A stretch of 64,000 nt of DNA from Myxococcota bacterium (GTDB lineage Bacteria; Myxococcota_A; Polyangia; Polyangiales; Houyiibacteriaceae): assembly GCA_039028875.1 (NCBI GenBank), contig JBCCHE010000018.1, positions 9,834 through 73,833 on the forward strand, written 5' to 3'. Of the stretch, positions 27,488 through 35,786 are shown in pieces. The notes under the pieces are model-generated. The model saw only the letters and a list, made by a program, of their open reading frames with translations, made no database searches and was not told the DNA's origin. Each line of letters opens with the position of its first letter. The first letter of the stretch is position 1. Position numbers and translations under genes: made by a program.

Positions 27488-28624
27488 ATGACAGCACACG
27501 TTTTATTCGTCGATGATGAAGAACCGAACCTGGTCGTTTTCGAGGCGGTCTGCGGCGATGAGTTTCCCGTTTTGACCGCGTCGAGCGGAGCCGATGGCTT
27601 GGCTCTGATGAAGGAGCACGAGATCGGTGTCGTGCTCACCGACCAACGGATGCCGGAAATGACCGGCATCGAACTCCTCGAGAAGGTCGAGCACGAATAC
27701 CCGGAGACGATCCGACTGTTGATCACAGCCTACTCCGACCTCCAGGCAGCCGAAGATGCCATCAACCGCGGACACGTCCGACGCTACATGCGAAAGCCCT
27801 GGGAGCCCGAGGTTCTGCGCGCCGAGCTGCGTGACGCGATCGACCTCTACAACCTCAACTCGCGTGTCAAAGAGCTCGAGCAACGACTGCTCGAAACCGA
27901 ACGCGCGTACTCGCTGAGCGTGGTCGCAAGCGGCTTGGCTGAAGAGTTACGGAATCCGGTCGGTTGGATACGGAACAACCTCACCGTGATCGAGACTTCG
28001 ATCGGAGCCGCCAGTTCGGCGCTGCAGGAAACCTCGCCTGACATCACGCGCGCACGCGGCGTGCTGGCCCAGGTCGACACGGCGGTCACCGACGCCAGGG
28101 ACGGTGTGCAGCGCATTCTCGAGCTCACCGAGCAGATGGCGAAGGCGCCCGAAGAAGTCGAAGCAGAGATCGTCGACTTGGCCGACGCCGTCCGCGTCGC
28201 GCTTCGCAAAGCAGAGAGCAGCGGCCTTCGCGGGCGCGCCCTCATCGAAGTGGCCACCGGGGTCGAGCCCAAGGTCCTCGCAACGAGAACCAACTTGGTG
28301 CAGATCGCACTGAACCTTCTCGCCAACGCCATCCAACGAGCCGCGAGCCGCGCGGAAGGCCAAGGGATCGTGCGGGTCACGACTGCAGTCCTCGACGGAA
28401 AGGCCGTGCTCGACGTCTCCGACAACGGCCCAGAGCTCGAGGGAGACCAAGCCAGCAGCGTCTTCAAGCCCTTCGGTACCGGAGGCCGCCTGCAAGGTGC
28501 GGGCGTAGGCCTCGCCATCTCGAAGCGAATCGCGGAGGAGCTCGGAGGCGAGCTCGAAGTCGCGACGACCGAGAGCCAGGGTACGCGCTTCCGTCTCACC
28601 CTGCCCCCGGCAGGAGACGCGTGA
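27488..28624 (+). CDS. response-regulator receiver fused to a histidine-kinase-like core lacking the phospho-acceptor His
   Basis: ORF-track 27425..28624. ATG 27488 chosen (MTAHVLFVDDEEPN). REC motifs DDE, TDQRMPEMTG and RKPW. The DHp helix reads ASGLAEELRNPV, with Glu (GAA 27941-27943) where canonical H-E-L-R-N-P has His. HATPase_c elements NLLANAIQ, DNGPE and GAGVGLAISKRI. Confidence 0.85.
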   Translation: MTAHVLFVDDEEPNLVVFEAVCGDEFPVLTASSGADGLALMKEHEIGVVLTDQRMPEMTGIELLEKVEHEYPETIRLLITAYSDLQAAEDAINRGHVRRYMRKPWEPEVLRAELRDAIDLYNLNSRVKELEQRLLETERAYSLSVVASGLAEELRNPVGWIRNNLTVIETSIGAASSALQETSPDITRARGVLAQVDTAVTDARDGVQRILELTEQMAKAPEEVEAEIVDLADAVRVALRKAESSGLRGRALIEVATGVEPKVLATRTNLVQIALNLLANAIQRAASRAEGQGIVRVTTAVLDGKAVLDVSDNGPELEGDQASSVFKPFGTGGRLQGAGVGLAISKRIAEELGGELEVATTESQGTRFRLTLPPAGDA

Positions 28625-28631
28625 GCCGCGG

Positions 28632-29093
28632 GTGGCGCCGAACCAGAACCAGTTCGGGCTGACTTTCGACGACTCTGCTTGGCCGCTCCTGTATGTGCGC
28701 TTCCCGTCGAAGCCTCTGTCGGATGAGGGTTTCGAGCACTTCATCGAGCGCTACACGAGCTACGTCGAGCGGCGTGTCCTCTTTGGCTCGATCATCGACT
28801 CACGTGGACTGAGCACGGCGATCACGCCGAGCCAACGGCGAAGGCTCGCCACTTGGTTCGAGGTGACCGGCCCGCTCGCGGCAGACGTCCATTTCGCGAT
28901 CGCTGTCCTTCTGAGTAACCCCTTGATCCGAGGCGCGTTGAAAGCCGTGACCTGGGTCGCCCCGATCCCGGTTCCGGTTCAAGCGTTTGGCTCGATCGTC
29001 GACGCGGCACCCTGGGTCCGGGAACGCTTTCAAGAGTTCCAGGTCCCCGTGTCGACCGCCGTCGAAACGCTCCTCGAGGGCCGAGGCGGCTAA
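28632..29093 (+). CDS. hypothetical protein (153 aa), possible partner of the REC-kinase-like protein
   Basis: ORF-track 28632..29093. GTG start 7 nt after the upstream stop. Globular composition. I cannot assign a family (a STAS/SpoIIAA-like fold is only a guess). Confidence 0.55.
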   Translation: MAPNQNQFGLTFDDSAWPLLYVRFPSKPLSDEGFEHFIERYTSYVERRVLFGSIIDSRGLSTAITPSQRRRLATWFEVTGPLAADVHFAIAVLLSNPLIRGALKAVTWVAPIPVPVQAFGSIVDAAPWVRERFQEFQVPVSTAVETLLEGRGG

Positions 29094-29106
29094 CCCACGC
29101 GTTCCG

Positions 29107-30693
29107 TTAGTCGATCCGTCGGTACCGAGGATCGAGGACGATGGCTTTTGCCATCTCGATGAAGTCGTAGTTGTTGCCGCCGAACGCGGCGACTTGTTCG
29201 GGCAGCCAAGTGCCCTTCTCGTTGGTGGTCAGCTCGCGGCTGAACAGGAACTCCGAGAAGTTCTGGACGGCGCAGCTGGCCAGCTTGCCCTGGGTCGTGG
29301 CGTCCTCGAAGAGCCCGCTCGGGCCCTTGTCGATCGCTGCGGCCTCCTCGGGGGTTCGCCAAGCCGTCGTCAGGAGTTTGCCCGCTTCGTCTCCGAGAGA
29401 CCCAGGCTCGGTCTCGAGATCGCGCGTGACATAGTCACGTCGACAGGTGTTCGAGCACTCGCCAGGTTCGCAGGTCGCACAGTTCTCGCGGAACAAGTCC
29501 ATGTCTGCCCGGTAGTTGAAGTCGCCCTCTTCCCAGCGACCGAAGTACGTGGTCGCGGGCTCGATCGTGGTGTGGCAGGCCGCGCATCCGCAGCGTTCGG
29601 AGAGGTCCGGGTTCTGCGAACAGGGGTCGGTGGCCGACGGAAGGCCGCCGGCAGGCGCCACGAACGGGTCGCAGAGGAACGCCGTATAGAGTCGGTTGAC
29701 CCGAGCGCGTTGCGACGTGTGGCGAAGCAGATAGCCCATCGTGGTGAGGATTCCACTGTGGTGTTCCGGCCGCTCGATGAGCTCCCAATCGGCTGTGTAC
29801 GGGGCGTCCGTGATATCGCTGAGCTCCCCGCCCGCATCGCGACGCAGATAGCGATAGTAATGCCTGAGCGCGCCGTTGAAGTACGTCTGGTTGGTCGAGA
29901 ACGCGTCGGTGTAGGGGCGTCCCGCCTTGATGATGCCTTCGAAGATGCGCGCGGGCTCGTTGGTCAGCGCCTCTCGGATATCGGCAACGTTGCCGTCGGA
30001 CCCTTCGGCGGCGCAGTAGCGCAGACCCGGCCCGCACCCACAGCCCGGGTCGGAGTTACGTCGCGTACAATCGGTGAAGGCGCCTCCCGAGCTCTGGTCG
30101 AGGCCGGTCGCGAACTCCTGTGCATCGAACGCGCACACGCGGATCGAAATATCCGGATTCCAGTAGGGGGACATCTCGACCCAGCCGTCCATGTTGCAGC
30201 CTTCGGCCGTTTGCTCGCACTCTCCGCCGGTGTAGCCCGTCTGCATCGGCAGCGGGCGGCCGTCCGTGTCGTAGTTGGTGTGTTGCATGTCTAGGCACGG
30301 TTCGTACGCACCACGAAACTGGATCTGCTTGTCGAATACCGACCAGACCTGACTACCCCCCGATTCGAACTGTTCGATGAACGTTCCGAAGAGATCGCCA
30401 TTCGAGGGGAGCGCGGTCCAGAGGAAGCCACGGTGATAGGCAGCGAGACGCTCGAAGAACTCGGGTGATGCCAGCATCTCGTCGACCTTGGCCTCGTCGA
30501 CGTCGGCGCCACCATGAAGCTGCTCGTACTCCTCGACGGTGGGCGGACGCCCGTAGAGATCGAGTGTGACCTGCCGGAGGAAGCGGTACTTGCCGAGACG
30601 ATCGGTGGGTGCGCACTGCTCGGGGGACTGTGCCAACGAGACGAGCGGCAAGACGGTCATCGCGGCGATGGCAAGAATCAAGAGCCGTTTCAT
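29107..30693 (-). CDS. secreted DUF1588-like protein (Planctomycete-type, CxxCH-containing)
   Basis: ORF-track 29107..30693. Signal peptide MKRLLILAIAAMTVLPLVSLAQS. Motifs DLYGRPPTVEEYE, HSGILT, RLYTAFLCDPF and CGCAACHTTIEP. Start overlaps the DUF1501 stop (ATGA at 30690-30693). Confidence 0.7.
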   Translation of the reverse strand: MKRLLILAIAAMTVLPLVSLAQSPEQCAPTDRLGKYRFLRQVTLDLYGRPPTVEEYEQLHGGADVDEAKVDEMLASPEFFERLAAYHRGFLWTALPSNGDLFGTFIEQFESGGSQVWSVFDKQIQFRGAYEPCLDMQHTNYDTDGRPLPMQTGYTGGECEQTAEGCNMDGWVEMSPYWNPDISIRVCAFDAQEFATGLDQSSGGAFTDCTRRNSDPGCGCGPGLRYCAAEGSDGNVADIREALTNEPARIFEGIIKAGRPYTDAFSTNQTYFNGALRHYYRYLRRDAGGELSDITDAPYTADWELIERPEHHSGILTTMGYLLRHTSQRARVNRLYTAFLCDPFVAPAGGLPSATDPCSQNPDLSERCGCAACHTTIEPATTYFGRWEEGDFNYRADMDLFRENCATCEPGECSNTCRRDYVTRDLETEPGSLGDEAGKLLTTAWRTPEEAAAIDKGPSGLFEDATTQGKLASCAVQNFSEFLFSRELTTNEKGTWLPEQVAAFGGNNYDFIEMAKAIVLDPRYRRID

Positions 30694-32024
30694 GGCTGCA
30701 CCTCCTGATCGAGGATCAAGTCGTCGAGGGTAATGTCGCGGAAATCGAAGGGGTCGCCGCCGATACTCTTCACGAGCGTCCCAAGGACCATCTCGGGTTT
30801 GAGTTGAATGCCGTTGTCGTTCGGCGCGCCCGTCGACGGGTCGACCGAGATGATGCCGAGGTCCTGGTCATTGCTGGTACCGAACACTCCGCTTCGGAGG
30901 GTGTTGCCGATCACGATGATCGAATCGTTGAACCAATGATCTCGTCCGCCGTTGCCGTTGATGCGAGGTGTGCGAGAAAACTCGGAGTAGACCACGACCG
31001 TCGTTCGATCGAAGTTCGGATCGTCCTCACGTAAGTGCGTGACCAGCGCTCCCACGGCATCGAACGAGCGCTGCAAGCGATCGGGCTGGTTGAAAGCCCA
31101 CTCGTTGCCGTGCGTATCGAGGCCGCCCGACAGGCGCGCCGTCACCGCGGTGCTCAGGTCGGTACGAAGGAGCTGGGCCGCGGTTGCAGCCGCCTGGTGA
31201 GCACCATCGTTGACGTTGTAAATCGCTTGGATCTGTTGGGCTTCTTCGGAGCCACCCCGCAGGTCGAAACGACTGATCAGGTCTTGGTCTTGAATCCGTT
31301 TGAGCCTGTCGCGGCTGAGGACCATCTGGTCTTCGGGGAGGCGCCCCTCGTACTCCGGAGAGACGCACGAGCGCGCGGCGTCCAGGGAGGTCTTGACCAA
31401 GTCCTCGAGATAGTCAGGCAGCCGGTCACGGTTTTGGCCAATCAGCTGCCCGATCTCATCGGGATTGTTCATCTGAAACGCGGTGACGCGGTTATCGAAG
31501 CTCTTATTGAAGTTGGCGACGTCGATCGCGGCGTTTGGGATGAGCTTGCCGTCGTCGAAGGTCGCAGCGGCGATCGTGCTAAGCGAGTCGCCTTTGGCCA
31601 ACGTGTTGTCGGGTTCGATGCCGGTATGGCTGTAGAGGGTCGCACTCTCGTGCGACACCGTGTTCATGTTCATTCCGCGGAAGATCGTCACGAGGTCGGC
31701 ATGCGGCATCAGGGCCGTCATGGTGGGGCCCCACAACACCTCGGACCCACCGCTCATCACGGGGATCGGGTCTTGGTACAGCGTGTCCAGCCGCTCGGTC
31801 CCGAGGTCGATGCCGTCGTAGGTTCGTAGCGGGTCACGGGGGTCGGGGCCGAGGAGGACGTCCCATCCGCCAGAGAGGTAGCACGCGACGAGGCGTCGCC
31901 CGCCGGGTGCCTGGCCGAGGACACGGGTGATGGGAGCGAGGGTGAGCATCCCCACACCCGCCAACGCCCCTCGGAAGAAGAGCCTTCTGCTGAACTCGAG
32001 CTTGTGGTCGTTACACATGGTCAC
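30690..32024 (-). CDS. DUF1501 family protein (sulfatase-fold) with Tat signal
   Basis: ORF-track 30690..32024. Twin-arginine leader SRRLFFRGALAGVG. Family signature YSEFSRTPRINGNGGRDHW. Confidence 0.85.
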   Translation of the reverse strand: MTMCNDHKLEFSRRLFFRGALAGVGMLTLAPITRVLGQAPGGRRLVACYLSGGWDVLLGPDPRDPLRTYDGIDLGTERLDTLYQDPIPVMSGGSEVLWGPTMTALMPHADLVTIFRGMNMNTVSHESATLYSHTGIEPDNTLAKGDSLSTIAAATFDDGKLIPNAAIDVANFNKSFDNRVTAFQMNNPDEIGQLIGQNRDRLPDYLEDLVKTSLDAARSCVSPEYEGRLPEDQMVLSRDRLKRIQDQDLISRFDLRGGSEEAQQIQAIYNVNDGAHQAAATAAQLLRTDLSTAVTARLSGGLDTHGNEWAFNQPDRLQRSFDAVGALVTHLREDDPNFDRTTVVVYSEFSRTPRINGNGGRDHWFNDSIIVIGNTLRSGVFGTSNDQDLGIISVDPSTGAPNDNGIQLKPEMVLGTLVKSIGGDPFDFRDITLDDLILDQEVQP

Positions 32025-32027
32025 ACC

Positions 32028-32636
32028 TCAGTACGTGAGAAAATCGGGGTGGGTGACGAGGCCGACGCAGACCGCTTTCCATCGGTCGCGGGCCTGGGCT
32101 TCGCGCTCCCCAGGCTCCGTCGGCAAGTCGGTACGAAGAATCGTCGTCCACGGCTCAAGACGGGAGTCGAGGTCGTCGGTGAGATAGGTGCCGTGAAAGC
32201 GGAGAACCAAGTACCGTAGGTTCTCGAGCGCCGAGTCATCCTCCGGGTCGAGGCCGTTCAGATGCTTCAGCAGAACACGGTCCGTGGATTCGCCCATCTC
32301 GAGGTCCGCATCGACCGCCCGGCCGCATACCTCGCGCGCCGCGTCTCCGGCAAGCTTGACGAAGCTGACCGAGATTTCGCGGGCCTCCTGAGTGGACTGG
32401 TTGAAGTCGGGTTTGCCGAGCGTGGACGCGTACTGGTTCTCGCGCGACCATCGCTGTCCAGTCGTCACTTCGAGTGAGCGAAAGAACTGGTCTGCGGTCA
32501 AACGAACGAGGCGCTTCGTCTCTGGCTGGGCGTTGGTGTCGTTCGGGCTTCGCGGTTCAGATCCCGAAAGCTCACCGGTACAACCGAAGAGCAGCGCGGG
32601 AATCAGAACTCCTAGTGTCGTCCATCTCGGCATCAT
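32028..32636 (-). CDS. lipoprotein with DUF1587-like N-terminal motif
   Basis: ORF-track 32028..32822. Start moved to ATG 32636 (MMPRWTTLGVLIPALLFGC, lipobox), which overlaps the upstream stop (ATGA at 32633-32636). Motifs VRLTADQFFRSLEVTTG and C-terminal THPDFLTY. Confidence 0.6.
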   Translation of the reverse strand: MMPRWTTLGVLIPALLFGCTGELSGSEPRSPNDTNAQPETKRLVRLTADQFFRSLEVTTGQRWSRENQYASTLGKPDFNQSTQEAREISVSFVKLAGDAAREVCGRAVDADLEMGESTDRVLLKHLNGLDPEDDSALENLRYLVLRFHGTYLTDDLDSRLEPWTTILRTDLPTEPGEREAQARDRWKAVCVGLVTHPDFLTY

Positions 32637-34111
32637 GGTGCCATTCCTTCCTGGATCCACGTTTCGATCAGACCGATCTCCGCCTGGGTGGGCCCAGACA
32701 TCGGAGGCGGCGGCATTTCGCGACCCTTGATCAGGTCGAGTGCACTCTGTGAGGTCTCGACGAACGAGTCGTAGTCTCCAAAGAAGCGCTGCACCCCGCC
32801 TTGGCCGTGGCACTGCGCACAATACATGTCGAAGATCGGCTGGATGTCAGCCTCGTAGAACACCGTTGGATCGTTGCCCTCGATGATGACCTCGCCGTCG
32901 ATGCGAAACGGGACGGTTCGCTGGACGGGCCCAAGCGGCCCCGAAAGGCTGAGGGTGAGCTCGTGCCACCCCGCTTCGACCGCGCCGAGGTCGCCGAGGG
33001 TCCAGAGCCCGGAGCCTCCGTTGACGGCGAGGCGGCGCCCGTCGAGACTCGCCGCAAGCGACATCGAAGCGGTCGGGTCCGCGATGATCGTCAGGGCCGC
33101 GGGAGGGTTCTCTTCGTCGACACGCTCATGCGGACGCATCCCGTGGACGACCACCGATTCCCGATGACCCAGGTGGCAGGCGCGCGTGCCCTCCACAACC
33201 CATGCACCACCGGCCGGGTATGCGACGACGTCGTCGATGAAGGTGAACTCGGTGTCGGGCTCGATCTGCTCCCAGCGCGCGAATCGATCACGACGAAAGA
33301 TCTTGTCGCGTACCGTGGCCCAGATGACGCCGCCAGCTGCGTCGGCTTGCCACACGAATCCGCCTGCGAACGGAACGTACTCCCAGCCCTCTTCGTAGCG
33401 ATACAGAGCGCCGAGATGCACGCGCAATACGCCGTTGTCCGCGTCGAGCGCGATCTCTTGGGCGTCTTCGATCGATGCGATCTCTCGGTAAAATGGGTTA
33501 TCGCCAAACCGCAGCTCCCAGAGCGCACCTTCGGTGGTGGTGAGGTAGAGGGTGTCGTCGGCGGTGCCGCACGAGCCCTCGAAGTGCTGGATCTCCATGC
33601 TCTCGAACACGTCGATCGGTACATCCCAGCGGAACCACTGGTCGGCCCGGCGCTCAAACAGGCCGCGTGTCCCGAGCACGAACGCACCCGAGCTTGCCGT
33701 CGGATCGCCACACGCGTAACGAGGCCTCCCGAGATTGTCGGGGAGGATGAACGGCTGCGAGGAGTCCACGCTTGTGTCCCAGAGCTGGCTCTCGCTGATG
33801 ACGAAAGCGCGATCGGCCGTCCAAGCAATGAGCTCATCGGCCTCACCGAAGCGCACCGTGAGTTCGCGTTCGTCGCCGTTTGGCCGAACCACACGGACTC
33901 CGTCGATACTGGTCAGCCATGCACTGCCGTCCGGCGCGACACCCGACAGCGACTCGCCCTCGGCGAGGTCGATACAGGTAGAGAGCCCGACAGTGCTGGA
34001 CGACGTGTCACCCGCATTGCTGTTGGAAAGGGTCGGGTCGGCGCACGACACCGCCAATAGAGACAGCAGTGCCGCCCCAGCGGGGAGCGAAGACCTCGAC
34101 AACATGGTCAT
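32633..34111 (-). CDS. lipoprotein with C-terminal Planctomycete-cytochrome-c-like (PSCyt1-type, CxxCH) module
   Basis: ORF-track 32633..34141 (GTG start). ATG 34111 gives MTMLSRSSLPAGAALLSLLAVSC (lipobox). C-terminus IQPIFDMYCAQCHGQGG...GREMPPPP...LIETWIQEG. Confidence 0.7.
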   Translation of the reverse strand: MTMLSRSSLPAGAALLSLLAVSCADPTLSNSNAGDTSSSTVGLSTCIDLAEGESLSGVAPDGSAWLTSIDGVRVVRPNGDERELTVRFGEADELIAWTADRAFVISESQLWDTSVDSSQPFILPDNLGRPRYACGDPTASSGAFVLGTRGLFERRADQWFRWDVPIDVFESMEIQHFEGSCGTADDTLYLTTTEGALWELRFGDNPFYREIASIEDAQEIALDADNGVLRVHLGALYRYEEGWEYVPFAGGFVWQADAAGGVIWATVRDKIFRRDRFARWEQIEPDTEFTFIDDVVAYPAGGAWVVEGTRACHLGHRESVVVHGMRPHERVDEENPPAALTIIADPTASMSLAASLDGRRLAVNGGSGLWTLGDLGAVEAGWHELTLSLSGPLGPVQRTVPFRIDGEVIIEGNDPTVFYEADIQPIFDMYCAQCHGQGGVQRFFGDYDSFVETSQSALDLIKGREMPPPPMSGPTQAEIGLIETWIQEGMAP

Positions 34112-34241
34112 CAACGTAGCAGCGGGGCTTACAAAATTCACCCTTTTGTGTCTAAAATGGAGGCGAATTGAGCCGCTTCGGTGATGTATCAGCCTCTTTC
34201 AGGGTGAGAGCGAAGCCTCCGCACGGGAAGTGCGAGACACC

Positions 34242-35786
34242 TTACAGATCGATCGCGCCGCTGACTTCGCCGAGCGAGTCGCCTGTGTACCCAGCGGCCT
34301 GCATCGCGCGCACCAGCACCCGCGCCGGATGCTGTCGGGCGCCATCGATGTGCGCGCCCGGGTTGAGCCCGCCGGCGCGCCCCGCGACAAGCAACACCAT
34401 GTTCTCGACCGAGTGGGTCTGATTCTGCGACGAGCCATCGTTGAGCTGGAGCCCGTGACCTGCCTCGGCGGTGAAGACCAACACCGTGTTGTCGAGCGCA
34501 TTGCCGCCCGCCTCCGGGGTGTTCCGAAGCTTGTCGATCAAGTAGGCGTAGTGGGAGATGTGCCAGCCGAGGAGCGCGGCCGACGGAATCTGACCGCGGT
34601 TGTTTGGGTCTCCGTTGTGACCCACTTCGTGAAGGTCGCCACCGACCGAGGCCCATTGCGCTGGCCGGGTCGTGCCCTCGAGTGTCCCGAGGCCGTCAGC
34701 GATCGGGCGTACGTTCATGTGGGACTGGAACGCGGTGATCTGGAGCGACGCTGCCCGCGAGAGATCGCAGACAAACGCCATGTGAATCAGATCGGCGAAC
34801 AGCCGTGACCGAGTATGCTCGTCGCTGTAGCCCGTTCCCGGCGCCACCGACCCGGTACCGCCGCCATCGTGGTCTCCGCCGATCGGCGGATCGGAGCCTG
34901 GGTCCGGCGGCACGAAGCAGGTGCCGGTGACGACGGGTGGCAACGCACTCAGCCGGTTTTCGAGGTCACGAATCTCGTCGAAGTGTCGTTCGAGTCGCGC
35001 TTCATCCGCACGGCCGACGCTATTCATCAACTTGGCGCGCTTTTCGAGGACCAAGTCGAGCACGCTACGGCGCGACCGAAGCGCAAAGTCGAACCGCGCA
35101 GCCTCGTCACCGTCCTCGGGAACGAAACCCTGGAAGAGCGAACGATAGGCCACCTCGGGGCTCGCCTGCGCCTCGATGCGAGCACCACTGCCGCCTCCGG
35201 CGCCGTAGGAAATGTACTGGCGACCGGCGAAGCCATAGCCACTCACGTAGAAGCCCGGCTGCGACCGAAAGACCAACGAGCGATGGGTGGTTTGCCCGGC
35301 GTTCAGGTCCGCGATGACTTGGTCGGAGGTGATCCCGTTGCAGGTGAAGCTCGGGGTGGTCGAGCGGGTCCCAGACAGCAGGGGACTCGCACCGCCGCCG
35401 TGAAAGTCACGGTAGGCACCCCCCGAAGGCACGGCGCTCCCGGCAGTCGAGCTCGCGTTGAAGGGAATGGCGAGGTTCGAGACCATCGTGAAATCGTCCT
35501 GCATGCCTTGAAGGGGCATCAGGGCTGTCGTGAGCGGATAGTCGCGACCGAGCGCCGTGTCGGCGATGTAGTGACCCCCTTCGGTGATGTTCTGGCCGCC
35601 CACGCGACTCGCGTTCTTGGCGTATCCGTCGCCGCCAAGCGCCTGCCCTGCGAACAGGATGGCGTAACGCGCAGGGGTCTGCTGCGCACGACCCTTCGCG
35701 GGCATCATGCACTCGAGCCACGGGAGAGCGACGGTCGCGCCGGCAAGGCCTCGGAGAACGGCTCGTCGGTGAATCTTGACGGCCAT
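34242..35786 (-). CDS. DUF1552 family protein with twin-arginine-like leader
   Basis: ORF-track 34242..35786. N-terminus MAVKIHRRAVLRGLAGATVALPWLECM is the family hallmark. The start shares base 35786 with the upstream stop (TGATG). Confidence 0.85.
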   Translation of the reverse strand: MAVKIHRRAVLRGLAGATVALPWLECMMPAKGRAQQTPARYAILFAGQALGGDGYAKNASRVGGQNITEGGHYIADTALGRDYPLTTALMPLQGMQDDFTMVSNLAIPFNASSTAGSAVPSGGAYRDFHGGGASPLLSGTRSTTPSFTCNGITSDQVIADLNAGQTTHRSLVFRSQPGFYVSGYGFAGRQYISYGAGGGSGARIEAQASPEVAYRSLFQGFVPEDGDEAARFDFALRSRRSVLDLVLEKRAKLMNSVGRADEARLERHFDEIRDLENRLSALPPVVTGTCFVPPDPGSDPPIGGDHDGGGTGSVAPGTGYSDEHTRSRLFADLIHMAFVCDLSRAASLQITAFQSHMNVRPIADGLGTLEGTTRPAQWASVGGDLHEVGHNGDPNNRGQIPSAALLGWHISHYAYLIDKLRNTPEAGGNALDNTVLVFTAEAGHGLQLNDGSSQNQTHSVENMVLLVAGRAGGLNPGAHIDGARQHPARVLVRAMQAAGYTGDSLGEVSGAIDL

